IMG/VR virus record: IMGVR_UViG_3300044972_000796
DNA: 20,000 nucleotides
Strand: one strand, 5' to 3'
From: an uncultured virus (IMG/VR IMGVR_UViG_3300044972_000796)
Taxonomy: Duplodnaviria; Heunggongvirae; Uroviricota; Caudoviricetes
Part shown: in pieces, positions 1-7,134 of the stretch
How the letters are laid out: every line of letters starts with the position of its first letter
Numbering within the stretch: the first letter of the stretch is position 1
Position numbers and translations under genes: made by a program
Notes under the pieces: model-generated
Database searches by the model: none
The model's input: only the letters and a program-made list of their open reading frames with translations
What the model was told of the DNA's origin: nothing

Positions 1-2
1 CA

Positions 3-329
3 TATCGATTTACCGAGGCCGACACAGGATTAGCACCTCCCGAATCGATGTTGGAAGACTATTGTCGACGAAACAACATTGAGATGCCAGGTATGAGTGT
101 TATGGATTACATGCCAATTAGGCCTGATATATGCAGAGATTTTAAAGACCCTATTATCGAAGTAACTCCTGATACCGTGACTCGATTAAATGAAAGTCAT
201 ACTATTTGGAAAAACATCCCACTAGAAGAAAAATTGCAAATTTTTAAAAATCACAATCTAGTTGTAAGTGATTTTATAGATCGAAAATTTGGTCTGCGCA
301 ATATACATGACAAATCTAATAATTATTAG
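3..329 (+). CDS. Hypothetical protein, 3' part (5'-truncated by the window)
   Basis: The frame is open from position 3 (YRFTEADTGLAPPESMLEDY...) to TAG at 327-329, so ATG48 is probably internal. No family recognised. Confidence 0.6.
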   Translation, partial: YRFTEADTGLAPPESMLEDYCRRNNIEMPGMSVMDYMPIRPDICRDFKDPIIEVTPDTVTRLNESHTIWKNIPLEEKLQIFKNHNLVVSDFIDRKFGLRNIHDKSNNY

Positions 330-333
330 ATTT
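312..333. repeat. Perfect 22-bp palindrome AAATCTAATAATTATTAGATTT at a convergent gene overlap
   Basis: The sequence equals its own reverse complement and contains both TAG stops. Confidence 0.95.
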
Positions 334-747
334 CCATTTTTTTAGTAACCAGCTACTGCTGTTAGATTTATTACCGCCTACGCCAAATATAAATTCTATA
401 TTACTATCGTTGACATCCATTTCTGGAATATTAGTAGCTGTCCGATCTCCACCGTTGGCAAAGATAATTGTTGCGTTAGGATACATTTTCCTAACACCGG
501 TGATAGTGTTTTTGCTAGTACCGTCTGCGTCAGGGTAGCAAACAACTTTGTCTACAACTTTTAAAGCCTCCACAATTCGACAACGTTCATATTCATCCAT
601 GAAGGGTTTGCCTTTCTTGCGTTCTAACCACTCATCTGAATTCAAGCCAACAACAAGGATGTCGCCCAATTTCTTAGCAGCTTCAAAATATTCAATATGT
701 CCTGAATGCAATGGGTCAAATCCGCCGGTTACTAGAACTATCTTCAT
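316..747 (-). CDS. Cytidylyltransferase-family nucleotidyltransferase (TagD / RfaE domain II-like)
   Basis: N-terminal VTGGFDPLHSGH (HxGH motif), LVVGLNSD, KKGKPF and ANGGDR. ATGA overlap with the upstream epimerase. Confidence 0.9.
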   Translation of the reverse strand: MKIVLVTGGFDPLHSGHIEYFEAAKKLGDILVVGLNSDEWLERKKGKPFMDEYERCRIVEALKVVDKVVCYPDADGTSKNTITGVRKMYPNATIIFANGGDRTATNIPEMDVNDSNIEFIFGVGGNKSNSSSWLLKKWKSNNY

Positions 748-1658
748 TGTTTTTTATCTTTCCAAAGTTGTATGACACGGTCTAGTCCAGTATCTAGATC
801 AACAGTGGGTTTCCAACCTAATAAGCGTTCTGCTTTTGCGGCTGTGGAATTCAACACATAAATTTCACCGTCACGTTTAGGTTTTCTATTCCAGTTAACT
901 GTACCCTTCCAGTTCATCTTACCAGCTATTTTTTCAACTAAGTTTTCAATGGTAAGTGCGTTGTCTGGGCCCACACAGAACATCTCGCCATTAGCTTGTT
1001 TTGGTTGTTGTAACACAGTTGCATACAATTCGATTAAGTCGTCAATCCACAAGAAGTTTCTGTATGGTTTGCCGTAACCTAGATTGATTTCATTAGGGTT
1101 AGCTAACATCTGCGTGATGATTTGCTCTACTACAAAAAAGTCGTTGTCGTGCCTGCCGTAGGTATTGGTTTGTCTAAATGCACAGAATGGAAAATCAAAC
1201 GACCGATGTGCATATTCTAAATAAAGTTCACAGCCAACTTTGGCCACCGCATAAGGTGCATTGGGATACTGTTTGGTTGTCTCATCAAATACCGGCAATG
1301 TAAATGGCTCACCATCGCGAATCAAATCGCTTTCAGGTTGCCAGCCATACGTTTCCATGGTACTGCTAAACACAAACAGTTTGAGATTTTTCAAATGCCT
1401 AGCTGATTCGATCATGTTCACAGTGCCGACATAGTTGATTTGGCTAAAAGCTGTTTGCTCATAAAAGCTCTTTTCAACTTCGGTACGTGCGGCCAAATGG
1501 ATGATGAACTCTGGATCAACTTCAGCTAATCGGTTGTCAATTGCTTCTTTGTCCAATAAGTCACAAGCCAAATCAAAAATTTGATATTCTTTTGCCAAAC
1601 GATTTTGGAGATATCCACCAATAAAACCCGATAATCCTGTTATGAGAACCTTCTTCAT
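744..1658 (-). CDS. NAD-dependent nucleotide-sugar epimerase/dehydratase (extended SDR)
   Basis: LITGLSGFIG (GxxGxxG), HLAA, catalytic YAVAK (YxxxK), NTYG and LLGWKP. AAGGAA RBS upstream. Confidence 0.92.
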   Translation of the reverse strand: MKKVLITGLSGFIGGYLQNRLAKEYQIFDLACDLLDKEAIDNRLAEVDPEFIIHLAARTEVEKSFYEQTAFSQINYVGTVNMIESARHLKNLKLFVFSSTMETYGWQPESDLIRDGEPFTLPVFDETTKQYPNAPYAVAKVGCELYLEYAHRSFDFPFCAFRQTNTYGRHDNDFFVVEQIITQMLANPNEINLGYGKPYRNFLWIDDLIELYATVLQQPKQANGEMFCVGPDNALTIENLVEKIAGKMNWKGTVNWNRKPKRDGEIYVLNSTAAKAERLLGWKPTVDLDTGLDRVIQLWKDKKQ

Positions 1659-1680
1659 TCTATTCCTTACATTATAATAG

Positions 1681-1686
1681 TATTTA
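1681..1686 (-). promoter_or_regulatory. Putative late promoter (TAAATA) for the epimerase-cytidylyltransferase pair
   Basis: The minus strand reads GTTAAATACTATTATAATGTAAGGAATAGAATG. TAAATA is the core of the T4-type late promoter. Confidence 0.5.
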
Positions 1687-1714
1687 ACTGTTGTCTTTTA
1701 CTCATCAAAAATAT

Positions 1715-1743
1715 TTGACTTAGATGTAAATAGGTGCTATAAT
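1715..1743 (+). promoter_or_regulatory. sigma70-type (early) promoter with extended -10
   Basis: TTGACT (1715-1720), 17 bp spacer, TATAAT (1738-1743) preceded by TGn. AGGAG RBS at 1764-1768. Confidence 0.85.
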
Positions 1744-1773
1744 ACATACATTGTTAAACAAACAGGAGCAGAT

Positions 1774-2985
1774 ATGGCTACAGTAGCAGGCATTAAAATT
1801 AAACCCAAGGCGAAAAAAGAATCCAACCGCATTACCGGCGTGAGTATTCGGCAGAATGCCAAGAAAGATCACAGCCCTGTTTGGACTGATGTAGACACTA
1901 TGAGTACGGATAGATTCATGCGACACTGGCATAATGCTATGGAATACTACCGCATGGAGTTTAGCGGTAAGGATCTAAAACCTGCTGTACTCAAATGGAT
2001 GGCCGGTAACGGTTGCACCAAAGAAGATATTGCGGCTTTCAAAAGAACTAAAGATACACGTTGCAACATTACAATGGGCTCGATTGCAAGTTGCTTGCTT
2101 CGAGGAATGCCTGCTGTTCGAGCAGACTTTAACGAAGGCAGAAGTTCTGCACTTTGGTTGACCAAGGCTATCTCGCAAGTAATCGGTGAGGGCACACATG
2201 ACATCGATGACGAAGCCGTTGCGGAAGTTAAATCTGCTGTTCCTATGATTACTATTCAGGAACGAGTACGTGACGCCGCATATGCAATGACAGAAGAGTT
2301 GGAAGATGCTATTGAGGGTTTTCAAACCGATCCAGAAAACTTTGATCCAAAAGCATTTAAAATTCTTAATTTGCTAAAAGGCAAAGAAGTTAAGGCCGCA
2401 CATGCACGTATCATTAAAAACTTGTATGCACGAGACTTAGCAGAACTTGAAGAACTTGCTAGCGGCAAGGGCGATGAGCAGTTGAAAGAAGGCTACAGCC
2501 ATCGTAGCAAAAAACAAGTTAAGAACTTGATTGCATTCTATCAAGAGATTGCCAGTGCGTGTGATATGCTGGCACAAGAGGCCAAAGTTAATCGTGCTCC
2601 CCGTGCTAAGAAATCAGTACCAGCTGAGAAGTTGATTGCTAAACTAAAGTTTATGAAGAGTAATGAGCCACTAAAACTAGTGTCTATTAATCCTACCGAC
2701 ATTATTGGTGCTGGAGAACTGTGGACTTATAACACTAAGTCCCGCAAATTGGGCAAGTATGTTGCCGCAGAGTTTAATACGTTGGGTGTCAAAGGCACTA
2801 CAATCACAGGGTTCGATGAGTTTAAGAGTATTCAAAAGACACTTCGCAAGCCTGAAGAAAAACTCAAAGAATTCAAGGCAGCAGGTAAGATTGCACTGAG
2901 AAAGTTTCTAGATGACATCAATGCTACTGACACCAAGATGAACGGCCGCATTAATGAAGAGATTATTTTACTTAAAGTAGCATAA
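1774..2985 (+). CDS. Phage hypothetical protein, 403 aa, basic, probably early
   Basis: Long ORF with a strong promoter and RBS. The C-terminal region (SINPTDIIGA-ELWTYNTK-RKL...GVKGTTI-GFD...KTLRKPEE...NGRINE) resembles from memory a protein family of T4-like phages. Function unknown. Confidence 0.85.
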   Translation: MATVAGIKIKPKAKKESNRITGVSIRQNAKKDHSPVWTDVDTMSTDRFMRHWHNAMEYYRMEFSGKDLKPAVLKWMAGNGCTKEDIAAFKRTKDTRCNITMGSIASCLLRGMPAVRADFNEGRSSALWLTKAISQVIGEGTHDIDDEAVAEVKSAVPMITIQERVRDAAYAMTEELEDAIEGFQTDPENFDPKAFKILNLLKGKEVKAAHARIIKNLYARDLAELEELASGKGDEQLKEGYSHRSKKQVKNLIAFYQEIASACDMLAQEAKVNRAPRAKKSVPAEKLIAKLKFMKSNEPLKLVSINPTDIIGAGELWTYNTKSRKLGKYVAAEFNTLGVKGTTITGFDEFKSIQKTLRKPEEKLKEFKAAGKIALRKFLDDINATDTKMNGRINEEIILLKVA

Positions 2986-3008
2986 AATCAAGCCCATGTT
3001 AGGGCTAG

Positions 3009-3057
3009 CATAGTGAAGTCTCTGTGATAAATATCATATAAAGAGACTTTCACTATG
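3009..3057 (+). promoter_or_regulatory. Hairpin sequestering RBS and start codon, with a late promoter (TGATAAATATCATAT) in its loop
   Basis: CATAGTGAAGTCTCT (3009-3023) pairs with AGAGACTTTCACTATG (3042-3057, one bulged T), which includes ATG3055. ATAAATA lies at 3027-3033. Confidence 0.8.
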
Positions 3058-4290
3058 ACACTACCTGCAAATCAACAATTTACTACACGTTCTGATAGAT
3101 TATGGGCAGATAATAACCTAGATCTAACAGCTAATCGTGCTTACAAAATTGACAACATACCCGTATTATCATACGGAGAGTTAGGAATCACTGTAACTAA
3201 GAGTAATCTTAGACAAATCGGAACACTTAATACATTAGAAGTAACTGGTAATGCTCTCATAGGAGAATTTGCATATTTTAACAGTACTGTTAATAGATTA
3301 GGGTTAGGCACAGATGAACCTAATGCCAGTATTAGTATTCTAGATAATAACGTAGAAATTGCTATTGGCAGTCCTGCATATGGCCTGGCCAATATTGGTA
3401 CATATTCCAATTCTGATCTTGCAATTACTACAGATAATATTGCACGTATCACTGTAAAAAATAACGGCGAAGTTATTATTGGCGATGCTGTGGGCAAGAA
3501 CGGTGTGCTACGAGTTCATGGATCAATATACGTGGATAATTTTGTATCTGATACAAGAGTTGATCGCAGTAGTTCATTGGAATTTAAGGCCAGCAAAGAA
3601 GGCACAGTATACGGTTTGGGATTCACATGGTCGAGTGCGGATTTTACACGTCAGATGATAATGAAGTCAGGACCCGACAGACTTTGGGCAAATGTGTCTT
3701 TTGATCTTGCTGAAAATCATTCATATTTTTTAAATGGTAAACCCGTATTGACTGAAACTGGATTGGGCAGTTCAGTGGTTACAAGTAACTTAGTCCAAGT
3801 TGGCTCATTACAATCACTGAATGTTGCAGGTAACACAACACTTCAAGGTGATTTAATTGCTGGTGATACTGTTGTTAGGTCTTTGGGACTTAACAACGGT
3901 GTTAATTCTATATCAGTAGACGTACACGGTGTTAATTCTAACAAGTCATTTAGAGCATCTGTAAAACAAGCTGATGTGTTATACGGTGATGATAACGAAA
4001 TTGTGCTTGGCAATAGTTCACAATCACGTAGACCAGTTAAAGTATTTGGACAATTGTCAGTAGGCATTAACAATCCAGATCCAAGTGTTGGGTTAGCAGT
4101 GGCTGGTGACTTGTCATTCTCTGATAAAAAGTTTACCACTGGAGATTCTGCACCAGCAGAAGGGCAATTTAACAAAGGCGATATTTGCTGGAACTCAAAT
4201 CCACAAGCAAGCAGTTATGTTGGCTGGATCTGCGTAGTTAGCGGAACTCCAGGACAATGGTTGCCATTCGGTGCAATTAATCGCCAATAA
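3055..4290 (+). CDS. Putative virion fibre/structural protein, 411 aa
   Basis: G/S/T/V/N-rich beta composition. Internal duplication (DLTANRAYKIDNIPVL...VTKSNLRQIGTLNTLEVTGN versus DLAENHSYFLNGKPVL...VVTSNLVQVGSLQSLNVAGN). RLGLGTDEP and SVGINNPDP fibre motifs, and a C-terminal KGDICWN...GWICV..GTPGQW module. Late-type promoter upstream. Confidence 0.7.
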   Translation: MTLPANQQFTTRSDRLWADNNLDLTANRAYKIDNIPVLSYGELGITVTKSNLRQIGTLNTLEVTGNALIGEFAYFNSTVNRLGLGTDEPNASISILDNNVEIAIGSPAYGLANIGTYSNSDLAITTDNIARITVKNNGEVIIGDAVGKNGVLRVHGSIYVDNFVSDTRVDRSSSLEFKASKEGTVYGLGFTWSSADFTRQMIMKSGPDRLWANVSFDLAENHSYFLNGKPVLTETGLGSSVVTSNLVQVGSLQSLNVAGNTTLQGDLIAGDTVVRSLGLNNGVNSISVDVHGVNSNKSFRASVKQADVLYGDDNEIVLGNSSQSRRPVKVFGQLSVGINNPDPSVGLAVAGDLSFSDKKFTTGDSAPAEGQFNKGDICWNSNPQASSYVGWICVVSGTPGQWLPFGAINRQ

Positions 4291-4292
4291 CA

Positions 4293-4321
4293 TTGACCTT
4301 ATCTAAATAACCCTATATAAT
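4293..4321 (+). promoter_or_regulatory. sigma70-type promoter for the queD-uvsE operon
   Basis: TTGACC (4293-4298), 17 bp spacer, TATAAT (4316-4321). Confidence 0.85.
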
Positions 4322-4326
4322 TATTA

Positions 4327-4372
4327 AAGTGGACTTAGGCATTCATCCCACTTAAAATATTCTGCATGTCAT
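4327..4372 (+). promoter_or_regulatory. Candidate structured 5' leader RNA (H-type pseudoknot) upstream of queD
   Basis: Stem AAGTGG (4327-4332)/CCACTT (4348-4353). Loop GGCAT (4338-4342) can pair with ATGTC (4366-4370), joined by an A-rich linker. RBS AAGGAG at 4382-4387. Confidence 0.4.
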
Positions 4373-4393
4373 TGCTTATTCAAGGAGAATACA

Positions 4394-4900
4394 ATGGCAA
4401 ATTTACAACCGGTAGTATACAAGTATCAAAGCACAAAAGAATATGTGGACGCATTTCCATGTGCTTACAGACAATGGCGTAGTGACAGCCACTGTAATCT
4501 AATTCATGGCTATTCATTTAGCATGAAGTTCTATTTTGGAACAAACGACCTAGACGTTCGCAATTGGGCGGCTGACTACGGTGGACTCAAAGAACTCAAA
4601 AAGATCCTAGAAGACCAATTTGACCACACACTTATTGTAGCACAAGATGATCCACAAATGGAGATATACAAGATGTTACAGGAAAAGAAAATGGCCAAGG
4701 TTGTAATCTTGCCACGTTTAGGCTGTGAAGGACTTAGCGACATGCTGTACAAGTATGTAAATGGTGTTTACATTCCAGAGATGTGGGGTCCAGGCGAAGC
4801 GGCCCGACTGTGGTGCTATCGTGTAGAAGTACGTGAGACACAGGCTAATATGGCTTTTAGAGAAGGGCACCGTGAGTGGAATGAGGACTTACTTTCATAA
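4394..4900 (+). CDS. queD: QueD/PTPS-family T-fold enzyme (6-carboxy-tetrahydropterin synthase-like)
   Basis: HCNLIHGYS, DYGGLKELK, QFDHTL, GCEGL and VEVRET motifs. Strong RBS. Confidence 0.85.
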   Translation: MANLQPVVYKYQSTKEYVDAFPCAYRQWRSDSHCNLIHGYSFSMKFYFGTNDLDVRNWAADYGGLKELKKILEDQFDHTLIVAQDDPQMEIYKMLQEKKMAKVVILPRLGCEGLSDMLYKYVNGVYIPEMWGPGEAARLWCYRVEVRETQANMAFREGHREWNEDLLS

Positions 4901-5051
4901 ATTTTGGCGGAGTTGGGCCAAAGCATTAGGTGAAAAAGCAGGTAGTTCAGACGCAGAAGCGGACCGAATTGCTTGCATTCGTACCGTAATTGTGTTATCA
5001 TATATACTTACAAACATTTTTATAATCGCAGGCGTCATAAGGCATTGGTAA
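4881..5051 (+). CDS. Small membrane protein (56 aa)
   Basis: MRTYFHKFWRSWAKALGEKAGSSDAEADRIACIRT followed by one hydrophobic helix and RHW. Its stop overlaps the next start (TAATG). Resembles from memory a small conserved protein of T4-like aquatic phages. Confidence 0.7.
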   Translation: MRTYFHKFWRSWAKALGEKAGSSDAEADRIACIRTVIVLSYILTNIFIIAGVIRHW

Positions 5052-6079
5052 TGGGTAAAATAGGCTTCGCATGTAAATGGATCGATCATGCAGATCAAGT
5101 AAACGGCATCAAGAAAGATGACGATGCTAAACAATACAACACCGGTACAACTACCATAAGTTGGTTAAATAGACAGACTAAAGAAGTTGCAGAGCAAAAA
5201 CTCTGGGACCTGATGGTCCAAAACTTAACGGCTACTAAGAAACTAGTAGACCGTGTGGGAGAACTAGATGAAAACCTTAGGATGGTTCGCCTTAGTAGCG
5301 ACATTCTTCCTGCTTATACCGAGCCCAGTTGGAGTTATTTCTGGCAGCGGCCTGATGTTGTTAGCTATCTTGAACGCAATTTTAGCCTTATTGGTGATAG
5401 TGCTCGTGCAAGCAATACCCGTCTTTCTATGCATCCTGGGCAGTTTGTTGTGCTGGCTAGTATTAACGAAGGCATCGTTGGGCGATCGATAGAGGAGTTT
5501 GAATATCATGCAGATATGGCACGTTACATGGGCTACGGTAAATCCTTTCAGGATTTTAAAATCAACGTCCACATCTCGGGTAAACAAGGTCCAGCCGGTA
5601 TCCGAAGTGCGTACAAACGACTATCGCCAGAAGCAAGAAATTGTATTACTATCGAAAACGAAGAAAACTCATGGGGGCTAGATGACTGCTTGGATTTGGG
5701 TAATATCTTACCTATTGTTTTGGACGTACATCATCACTGGATTCGAGAAGGGGAATACCTTACCCCTGAGGACCCGCGTGTACTACGTGTTATTGAGTCT
5801 TGGCGTGGTGTTCGTCCCACTATGCATTATTCAGTTAGTCGCGAAGATTATCTAACAAATCATTGTGTAAACTCTTTGCCGAACCATGCGGCATTGTTAG
5901 AAGGTGGATATAAAAAGCAAAAACTGCGGGCGCACAGTGATTTTTATTGGAATAATGAAACAAATAAATGGGCAACAACTTTTCTAAACCAGTTCGACAT
6001 AATGTGCGAAAGCAAGGGCAAAAACCTAGCCAGCATGGAACTGTACAATCAAGCCAAAAGCTATCTCGAGAACAATTAA
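5051..6079 (+). CDS. uvsE: UV DNA damage endonuclease (UvsE/UVDE, TIM barrel)
   Basis: KIGFAC, RLSSDI, SMHPGQF, NVHISG, IENEE, DVHHH, MHYS, RAHSD and DIMCESKGK motifs. Start set at ATG5051 because of the TAATG coupling. Confidence 0.93.
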   Translation: MGKIGFACKWIDHADQVNGIKKDDDAKQYNTGTTTISWLNRQTKEVAEQKLWDLMVQNLTATKKLVDRVGELDENLRMVRLSSDILPAYTEPSWSYFWQRPDVVSYLERNFSLIGDSARASNTRLSMHPGQFVVLASINEGIVGRSIEEFEYHADMARYMGYGKSFQDFKINVHISGKQGPAGIRSAYKRLSPEARNCITIENEENSWGLDDCLDLGNILPIVLDVHHHWIREGEYLTPEDPRVLRVIESWRGVRPTMHYSVSREDYLTNHCVNSLPNHAALLEGGYKKQKLRAHSDFYWNNETNKWATTFLNQFDIMCESKGKNLASMELYNQAKSYLENN

Positions 6080-6216
6080 TATTTAGAATTGAAACTCAAA
6101 GAGAAAAGCTAGAAGAACTGGAATTACTTCCAGTCTCTGAATCTATCGAAAAGAAAAAAGAAAAGATACTGGGCGAATATACCCAGTATCTTGAACAATT
6201 AAAAAGATTTGATTAA
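5968..6216 (+). CDS. Possible small charged coiled-coil protein (start uncertain)
   Basis: The 3' part (SREQLIFRIETQREKLEEL...) is protein-like and exactly fills the gap to the next convergent gene. The only in-frame ATG/GTG starts lie inside uvsE. Confidence 0.45.
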   Translation: MGNNFSKPVRHNVRKQGQKPSQHGTVQSSQKLSREQLIFRIETQREKLEELELLPVSESIEKKKEKILGEYTQYLEQLKRFD

Positions 6217-6528
6217 TTATGTTGCTTTTGGAACACGTGGCTTTTTAACAGCGGGTACTTTTATCGCAACAACTTTAGGAGGCTTTTCTGCTTTAGGTTT
6301 TGCAGGTGCTTTAGGTTTTGCAGGTGCTTTAGGTTTTGCAGGTGCTTTAGGTTTTGCTTCGGCGACTGGTGTAGCTACTATAGCTTCGATTCCAATTGGC
6401 ATGGGAACTTCAACTTGGGGCGATACCATAGTTTCGACAATCGGTGTTAATTCTACTTTATATGGTGCTTCTACTGGTGCTGGTGTGGAAGATCCAAAAC
6501 CAAACAATGCTTTAATTTTATTCAACAT
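6217..6528 (-). CDS. Pro/Ala/Lys-rich protein with a histone H1/AlgP-like basic tail
   Basis: AAGGAG RBS and TATAAATA upstream on the minus strand. N-terminal amphipathic MLNKIKALFG and (PAKPKA)n repeats. Confidence 0.8.
   Translation of the reverse strand: MLNKIKALFGFGSSTPAPVEAPYKVELTPIVETMVSPQVEVPMPIGIEAIVATPVAEAKPKAPAKPKAPAKPKAPAKPKAEKPPKVVAIKVPAVKKPRVPKAT
6289..6357. repeat. 18-bp tandem repeat TGCTTTAGGTTTTGCAGG, about 3.8 perfect copies
   Basis: Units start at 6289, 6307 and 6325, with a partial unit at 6343. Encodes PAKPKA on the minus strand. Confidence 0.95.
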
Positions 6529-6549
6529 AATAATGTCTCCTTATAAGTT

Positions 6550-6568
6550 TATTTATATAAACTAAATA
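6550..6568. promoter_or_regulatory. Back-to-back late-type promoters
   Basis: TATAAATA on the minus strand (6550-6557, exact T4 late consensus) and TAAATA on the plus strand (6563-6568), 5 nt before the sod ATG. Confidence 0.65.
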
Positions 6569-6573
6569 TCACT

Positions 6574-7134
6574 ATGTACAATTTTATACGTCATATCACG
6601 CTAAACGAGGGTAAAACACCTAAGACATTGGTGCAGACTAAACTACCGTATGCCAAGGATGAATTGGAGCCTAGCAAAAGCAAAGACTCCATCGACTACC
6701 ATTATGGCAAGTTATACAAAGGCTACGTCACTAGATTTAACGACGGAGAAGGTGATGCTGACTTTAATGAAGCGGGAGCGTTTTTACACAACTTGTACTT
6801 TACCCAGTTCCAAAAACCCACTAGTTCAAATGAACCCGACGGCTCGGCAGGCGAATTCATTACAAAGCATTACAAAACATTTGACAAGTTCAAAGATGAA
6901 TTTGAAAAAACAGCCATGAAGATCCAAGGTAGTGGGTGGGCATATCTAGCTAGGGACGGTTCTATCAAAACTATTAAAAATCACGAAGTCAAACAGGACA
7001 TTGTTCTGTTAGTGGATTGGTGGGAACATGCCTTTCAAGGCGACTATGGTAGTGATAAAAAGTCATACCTCAAAAATCAATGGAAAATTATCAACTGGAA
7101 TGTAATTAGTGCTAGAGTTGGTCTAGAGTCTTAA
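6574..7134 (+). CDS. sod: Fe/Mn superoxide dismutase
   Basis: LPYAKDELEP, DYHYGK..KGYV, AFLHNLYF, QGSGWAYL, DWWEHAF and YL.N.WKIINW motifs. All four metal ligands (H, H, D, H) are present. Confidence 0.9.
   Translation: MYNFIRHITLNEGKTPKTLVQTKLPYAKDELEPSKSKDSIDYHYGKLYKGYVTRFNDGEGDADFNEAGAFLHNLYFTQFQKPTSSNEPDGSAGEFITKHYKTFDKFKDEFEKTAMKIQGSGWAYLARDGSIKTIKNHEVKQDIVLLVDWWEHAFQGDYGSDKKSYLKNQWKIINWNVISARVGLES

Noticed and set aside
2991..3006. AGCCC/GGGCT hairpin as an intrinsic terminator
   Set aside because: Only a 5-bp stem with no U-tract on the plus strand.
4833..4880. Longer start for the small membrane protein
   Set aside because: It lies deep inside queD. ATG4881 is more parsimonious.
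4973..5050. N-terminal extension of uvsE in the ORF track
   Set aside because: It overlaps the small membrane gene. The family motif starts at MGKIGFAC, and the TAATG coupling favours ATG5051.
548..5681. Short overlapping ORFs within the left-hand genes (e.g. 548-775, 1947-2325, 3141-3497, 3843-4175, 5095-5681)
   Set aside because: They lie almost entirely within well-supported genes and have no independent signals.
6289..6357. Tandem repeat as a CRISPR-like array
   Set aside because: No spacers. It is an in-frame coding minisatellite.
6209..6565. Plus-strand 118-aa ORF with GFAGAL repeats
   Set aside because: Antisense shadow of the 103-aa gene, which has the RBS and promoter. The repeat keeps both frames open.
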